A stretch of 60,177 nt of DNA, taken from positions 1 to 60,177 of the forward strand of contig JBHJMP010000835.1 of the NCBI GenBank assembly GCA_043381765.1. Direction: 5' to 3'. The notes under the pieces are model-generated. The model worked only from the letters and a program-made list of their open reading frames with translations, had not been told where the DNA came from and searched no databases. Position numbers and translations under genes: made by a program. Every line of letters begins with the position of its first letter. Positions within the stretch are counted from its first letter, which is position 1. Below are positions 53,483 to 60,177 of this stretch, one piece after another. The DNA is from Collodictyon triciliatum. Its lineage: Eukaryota.

Positions 53483-55514
53483 ATGTCCGAATACACCGTC
53501 ACAACTGAGAAAGGTCGAGACTATGGCAAGTTCAAAGTTTCCACCGTGGCCGAGCTTCGTGACCTTTTCGGGAAAAAGAGTGGGCCTCATTTTGTTATGT
53601 TGTCGTATTCATTCTGTTTAATTACGTATTAGTATGCCTCATTATGTTCTATGCTAAAGCAAGACTAGAACATAGTCTGTTTTCGTCAGCATATTCTCAA
53701 CACTTTTTTTTTTTTTTTGCACTTACACACAACAGACCCAAAGTTTTCCGACGTGAACCGCCAACGTTTCACGTATAACGACAGCAAAGGTTTTATCTTC
53801 GCTGCGAAATAAATTCACTGTGTCACATATTTATGCTGATTTGTGGAGTGTCCTTTCCTTTATTTCCTAGTTATTTAGGGTCTATCATTCCTATTAAACG
53901 AATTTATTTCAAAAAAAAACCCCCCCTTTTTTAACGAAACTTTGCTTGTCTTACTGAGAACTATTCCTTCCGTTTCGTCAGGCGCGAAGCAAGTGTTAAA
54001 GCTCGAAGCCAACCTATCTGAGCTGGACATCAAAGACAAAACCTTGTACTTCAAAGATCTTGGTAGATACTTTTCATTTTATCATCATTTTTTTATGCAG
54101 AGAAGACTTTTGTGAATAATACTTCATCAAATGCCAAATGCATCTCGATTCTGATTTGTGTATTCTTTTTTTTTTTCCCGCCATGGCCATCTTGTCTATC
54201 TGACAGGTCTTCAAGTTGGCTGGACCACGGTATGTTGTTTCGATGTGTGACATATTACTATGTGGAATGAATCTGCATGCATTTATTTTCACATATATAT
54301 ATTATTTACGTTTTATCTTAAAATCCAGGTATTCTTGACCGAGTATGCTGGCCCTCTTGTCATCGTTCTCCTGAACTACATTTACAGGGAGTCTATCTAC
54401 GGCTCTGTTGTCTCCAATGGCTCGTGGGCAGCTACCGTTCAAATGTCAGTATAACAAACCAAAAAAAAAAACCTGTTATCGTTTTCCTCAACTTTTTTTT
54501 GAACTTCTTACCATACAAAAAGAAAACCCCCACTGAACTTGGACCACTACTTTGTATCTGTAGGATTGGCGCATTTGCCTGGGTTGCTCACTACGCCAAG
54601 CGCCTTCTCGAAACCATCTTTGTCCACCACTTCAGCAATGCCACAATGCCCATCCTCAACATCTTCAAAAACAGTGGCTACTATTGGGGCTTTGCTGCAC
54701 TCAACGGATATTATCTGTTCCACCCTAAATACACTGCTCCGAGTGAGAACCAAGTTTATCTTGGCTTTGGCATCTTTGTCGTGAGTTATCAGACGCATTT
54801 CAGAATCCCTTTTTTTTCTGTTGTTGTTATTCGATAGTATTGAATCCGCCAGGTTTTCACACATTTCTTCTATCAGGTTTCTGAGCTGTGCAACTTTATC
54901 ACCCACGTTATGCTTCGCAACCTGCGCCCAGCTGGCAGTCGTGTCCGCCAAATCCCCAAAGGATTCCTGTTTGAACTAGTTTCTTGCCCCAACTACTTCT
55001 TTGAGGTTCTTGCCTGGGTTGGATTCACCATCATGACCCAGATGGCCGGAGGTTAGTTCATCATCGTTGATTATATCGCACGAAGGGAAGCACTCTTGTA
55101 CTACTTTTTTTTTCTTTTTTCTTTCCTTTTTTCTTTTCTTTTCTTTTCTTTTCTTTTCTTTTTCCTTTTTCTTTTTTCTTTTCTTTTTCCTTTTTTCTTT
55201 TTCCTTTTTTCTTTTTCCTTTTTTCTTTTTCCTTTTTTCTTTTCTTTCTAATTTATATTGTGATTTCTACGATGACTATTTACTTCAGTCGCCCATTTCG
55301 TGGTTAGAAAAAGAGAAAGAAAGTATCATGGATTATTCTAACATTGGGCCTTGCATTCCGGTTGAATTTATTAAATAATCTTCTAGCTGCTTTGTTCACT
55401 CTCGCCGGAGCTTTTCAGATGCTTGCTTGGGCCCTTGGCAAGCACCGCAACTACAAGAAGGAATTCCCGGCCTACCCGAAGAATCGCAAGGCTATGATTC
55501 CGTTCCTCATCTAG
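53483..55514 (+). CDS. TECR: Very-long-chain trans-2-enoyl-CoA reductase (TECR/Tsc13), 8 coding exons
   Basis: Fully traced: YFKDLG|LQVGWTT|VFLTEYAGPL...HYAKRLLETIFVHHFSNATMP..NIFKNSGYYW...LRNLRPAGSRVRQIP..VSCPNYFFE...WALGKHRNYKKEFPAYPKNRKAMIPFLI-TAG. Confidence 0.96.
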
Positions 55515-55914
55515 AAGACTTATCAAACCCGTGTGCTCTCTGGTCTTTTTAGCCCGATTCTTCTTTTTCTTTTTCCACTTGTCTCTTTCACGCAGCTTTT
55601 AGACAGAAAACGTCTTTCTTTATCTAGACGGAAGAATTTTTATGTGAGCGTTGAATCTCAAAGGCCAAGAAAGCAATCACATTTTATAAATGACGGGATG
55701 ACTCTTCAAAAAATGGCAAATTATTGGAATAATTTATTTATTTATTTAAAAAAAGTAATGTGAAAGGAAAGAAAAATAGGCTGATTTTTTTTGTTTTGTT
55801 TTTTTAATTTATTATGCGGGCGATAAATTATAATTGCTTCCAGAAGCACCGAGCGACAGAAAGAGACAGGGGAGCGCTTAGATAGAGGTGATGAAAAGAA
55901 AGGCAACATGGAAA

Positions 55915-56156
55915 TCACACTCCCTTCGCAAAACGGTCCAGAAGGCGGTGTGCCAAATAACATGCCAATGAGTGATAGAATCTCAATGGAAGGCCTGATT
56001 GTGTAGACTCTAGAATGGATTCCAGGAATGACGCTTCGAGGCGATAGCACTGTACCTAGGGTTTAATTGTCCAGATGAAACGACTGTGCAGGTAGGAAAT
56101 AATAATGACAATATAAATCTTTGTTTTTTTTCTTTTTTTTTCTTTTTTTCTTTTTT

Positions 56157-56221
<65 letters not shown>

Positions 56222-59200
56222 CTTTTTTAAGACCCCACCTCATCGACATCAGCCCTGACCGATGCTGCGCGAGTGCCACCTGTGATGAAAGTCATTTCAC
56301 CAAACATTTCACTTTCTCGCAGAACTCGCACGACGGAAACTGGGGTATCACGAAGGCCGCCCGTCTCAACACGCACCCTTCCTTTCGCAACCTTATGTAT
56401 AATGATGGGTAGGTCGTTGCTTTTGATTTCACAATATCAACAAATAGAGTGAAAATCAAAAAAAAAAAAAAAAAGCTATATAACGTAGCTTTTTATATGT
56501 AGAAATAATTAACTGAAGAGGACGGGAATGTAATCCCAGAGCTCAGGACTTTACCTGATAGACAACTCGGTCATCTTCTCCTTCCCTAATGATGTACTCA
56601 TCCCGTTTGTATCTCACAAGCCGGGCGCCTGCATACCGCGAGCAGAAATAAAAGAACGAGGATACACATCAAAGGAAGAGTTAATTTTTCTCTAATAATC
56701 ACAGGCTTTTAACAAATCAGTAAAGAATCACATCAGTAAGTAAAATACGAACTATAGAAAGGAAAATACAAAACGGAGGGAAGTTGAGATTAAAAGACAA
56801 AAGACTTCCATTTCATACCTTGTATAAAGAGAGCATAGTCATCCGACTGCAGGGGCGGAATGAGAAATGTGGAATGATGTTTTTTTGACTGTGTGGTTCT
56901 GCGATTGGGTGGTCGAATAGATAATTCAACCCCCAATATAAATTATGTATTAATACAATGCGCTATGTATGGTGTATTTTTATATTTTCTCGCACAGCAA
57001 GTTTCCTAAGGTATTTATTTGGTCTCTTACGGTGATTCTGGCACCGCAATTTTCATCGCAGCTTCGTTACTGGACGGGCTGATAGAAGCCCTTCGGTTCG
57101 ACCTTCACAAACGAAGCAATTTTGAGAATAAGCATACGAACCAACAAGCTCCAATGATAAAATATCTCTAGCACTTCAAAAAAATGGTGAAGCACATACA
57201 TTTGATTCGGGCGGAGAAATCCTGTTGCTACTTTCGATTTTGCCTTCCTCCATGTAGATATGAGTTCGTTACCCACACTTGACGCATCGTCAAAATCAAA
57301 GAAGGTAACCTTCTCATTGAATTTTTTTTTTTTTTAGGAGTTAGCTACCATTTTTTTATCCCATCTTCTAATTCATTTAATTTCATGTCGTATTTCGAAA
57401 ATAAACATAGAAAAATTCGTTGTAAATGAGCAAATAAAAAATAAAGTCAAACTGTCTTATCGATGCAGTCCACGGTGATTTCTGAGGGAGTGTAGTTGAT
57501 GGATGATATTGTGATAAAGGGAAAAACTTCCTATCAAAGTATTCAATGGTTACTTGTCAACACCACTGCAAATGTCATATGATGGTTGAAAAGTATGTAA
57601 AATGTGTCAATATTTTCATTCGTGTTTATCCGATTCCAAGTAATTTTATTGTATAGGTTACTTTCTTTGAATCGAATAAAGGAAAAAAAATTGTATAGGT
57701 TACTTTCATCATAACCCCTAAAATTTTGGCCTGGAATATGAGTCCCTCCCTTGTAATCGTCAGAATACCGACCACTTGCACCTTTTTCATCATGATGCAC
57801 GGGTAAGCTGCCACTATTGTGTGTACACGAGAATGTCATGTAAAAAAATTCTTAAATGATATATTTATTTATTCATGGTTTAGTATATATCAATACATAA
57901 TTCATCCCGAGTATGCGGCATTTGTTTGTGTTGAACTCCAGAAGATGGTAAGTTCTCATCCAATGCAATCTTGATTGAAATATGAATTAACATTATCAAA
58001 AGTGCGAATATCTGATAATGTTTGCATTCTATTTTGTCAGGTATACTTAAATTACTTGAGAATATTGGAGAGGGTGATTCCTATCCAATAAATTGGCCTG
58101 CGTTACTTGTCCGATGAACTTGAATGACTTAATGATATCAGAAGCTAGATGAACATGCAGGCGGCCACCCAAACCGGGGTTAGATAGACATATTTTGGAT
58201 ATTGCATCCGGCGTGAATTCATAAATGACAGCTGAATATGTTGATGTTAGATTTCAAGCATCAAGTAAGATTGATTTCAATGAGTGAGTCCTGTTTACAC
58301 ATATTCAATTATAGCCAGCCCCTTCAAATTACCAAAGTGTAAACGTATTATATTTACCAGATTCACATGCAACGTAATTCCACGGCGAATTCTTTCCTAT
58401 CAAAAAGCCGTATGTCCCAAATAGGTCCCCAGGCTGAATAATGCTTATCGTTTTCGATGAGAATTCCAACCCTATTTGCCCCGATTGTAAGTAGTAGAGA
58501 CCATAAAAAGACGAGTCTGCAACTAGAACAGGGTCTCCCTTCGCATAAGTTGTGTACGATGAGTCTTCCTTCAAGCTCTTTACAGTTAATATGATAGTCA
58601 GTTCTATGAATTGAAGAGATTCTCTTTGAGCTAGTAAATGAAAAAATAAATGCTGAAAATATTGAAAAATGATGATATTGTTGTATATATGTACTTTGAT
58701 AAATATAACATCAAATGGAAAGATATAACACCTGGTATTTCAAAATAAATTTTCAACAAGTATCTGATTAGTTAATATTTTCTATATAATACCTGGATAT
58801 CTTCGTTCTTCAGTATTCCATCCTTTTCTGATAATTGAAGTGTGTTTGCTGAATTTCGCACCTTGTGAACGCCTGTCTTCGATGGAATCCAATACCTTTT
58901 TTTTTTAAGGTCTGTTAGAGTTGACAAAGAAATATTTATAATCATAATCATAATAACAAAAGGAATCCATTGCGAATCGAACAAAGAAATAATTATAACA
59001 AAAGGAATGGAAAAAGTTTGAATAAATATGTTGTGGCAACTACCTTCGCATCCAAAAGAACGCTTCTATGGCTTCATTCAAAAAGAAAGTGAATGTATGC
59101 TGCCCGCTGGTGATTTCTATACAAGTCACACCTTCTAGTCTAATCGACAATATTCCTTTGAAAGTCAACATCTAATATGATAAGAATTCATGAATTTATT

Positions 59201-60177
59201 GATAAAAAATTATGGAATGGATATGGGCTTATTTACTGCACACTCATAAACATGTATTATTATCGCATTAAGTTGTGTGAGTAAGCCTAAAAATAAGACG
59301 ATCTCAATTTTTTACCAACCTCTTTTTTCTTTATTCCATACTTGGATGTCATGAAAGTAATGCAAGTTTCCCATATGCATATATGAGTGGACGCCGAGCT
59401 TCGTTTCCCCTCGTTTGTATTACCTACAAAGGTTTTTCTTTGAAAAAAAAATATAATTCTGAAGGGGAAAACGAATTTGAAGAGAGACTGATTTGTTGCT
59501 GTGTCTGCTTCTTTTTCTTTTTCTTTTTTTTTTTCTGATTAGAAAGGCGTAGATGAAAACCTGTATATTCAGCAACCGAGCGTATTTCCTGAGACATGCC
59601 GTATCTTTCGTACATTTCAGATTTCTTTCTGCGCTGCTCATCAGAGAAAATGCTCTTCAAAAACATAAACTTTTTTAGAATATTTGATTCATCAAATAAT
59701 GTGCATTTTAGAGACATTAAACTTCGTGATTTTAATTTAAAAAATACACTATTAATACCATATTTATACCACTTAAACAGACTTCAACATCTTCAACATG
59801 CCTACCTCTAATTGGTTGCTAACAGATTCTTCGAAAGTAAGTCGGCGCAAATCAGCCAGTAATCCGCTAGACTGCTTAACATTAGTGAGTGACAAGTACT
59901 GTCCAATAATGTTCTTGGAAAGGCTGAGGCGATGCATTAAAAATTCTGCAATATTTATGATAAATTTAGTTGAAATATTTACTCGGTTCTCCCTTTGTAA
60001 TCAAATATTTATTGAAGAAAATACCGAAAAATAGTATAGCTATATGTAATATCTTGTAACTCACGTATATTCTTCTTTGAATCAAATAAAGGGGGGGGGG
60101 GGGGGGGGAAGAGAAAGATAAATATTTTCTACAACATTATTATTAATACAATCTCCCTTGTATATTTTGGCGTATTT
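55915..60177 (-). CDS. Cyclic-nucleotide-binding (cNB) / GRAM tandem-domain protein, 5'-truncated by the window edge
   Basis: GRAM-like exons (ICIWETCITFMTSKYG; VVGILTITREGLIFQAKILG) alternate with cNB domains (YAKGDPV...IQPGDLFG; YKRDEYIIREGE...ESEMFGEMTFITGGTRAASVRA); ends FYHSLACYLAHRLLDRFAKGV-TGA at 55915. Confidence 0.8.
57648..57707 (+). mobile_element. Short dispersed element, copy E, with perfect 18-bp target-site duplication
   Basis: attgtataggttactttc [tttgaatcgaataaaggaaaaaaa] attgtataggttactttc. Confidence 0.85.
58953..59008 (+). mobile_element. Short dispersed element, copy F, with >=14-bp duplication
   Basis: ataacaaaaggaat [ccattgcgaatcgaacaaagaaataatt] ataacaaaaggaat. Confidence 0.65.
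60075..60110 (+). mobile_element. Short dispersed element, copy G, with an 18-nt poly-G tail
   Basis: ctttgaatcaaataaa followed by G18 and AA; flanking duplication weak. Confidence 0.55.

Noticed and set aside
59880-59960. Sec7-like motif IAEFL...LSKNIIGQYL
   Set aside because: No downstream FRLPGE catalytic motif; better explained as a cNB terminal helix.

Overview
Eukaryotic nuclear DNA from an intron-rich, AT-rich, microsatellite-laden genome, probably a protist (lineage not determinable here), with two assembly gaps. Splicing by eye gives about 13 genes in the standard genetic code. These are: a ~2,295-aa signal peptide + WD40 + Cys-rich + multi-TM receptor; a DHHC palmitoyltransferase; a MAPR cytochrome-b5-like protein; adenylate kinase; a WW scaffold; RPL37; an ADA3-like protein; a hypothetical protein; an IQ/Sfi1-like protein; a MORN protein; an LRR + Cys-rich + multi-TM receptor; PSME3IP1/FAM192A; TECR; and a partial cNMP-binding/GRAM protein. 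There is also a tRNA-His(GTG). Highlights: (1) at least 7 copies of a ~25-bp element (CTTTGAATCGAATAAAGG + G/A tail), most flanked by 14-18 bp direct repeats, which look like extreme 3' stubs of a non-LTR retroposon; two of them duplicated a splice donor or start codon; (2) two receptors share one multi-TM module but carry different repeat ectodomains (extracellular NLR-like WD40 repeats versus LRRs on symmetric single-repeat exons); (3) the DHHC gene has a U12-type intron and an in-frame TAG in a readthrough-type context upstream of a conserved C-terminal motif. All gene models and family calls were made by eye; no database search was run.
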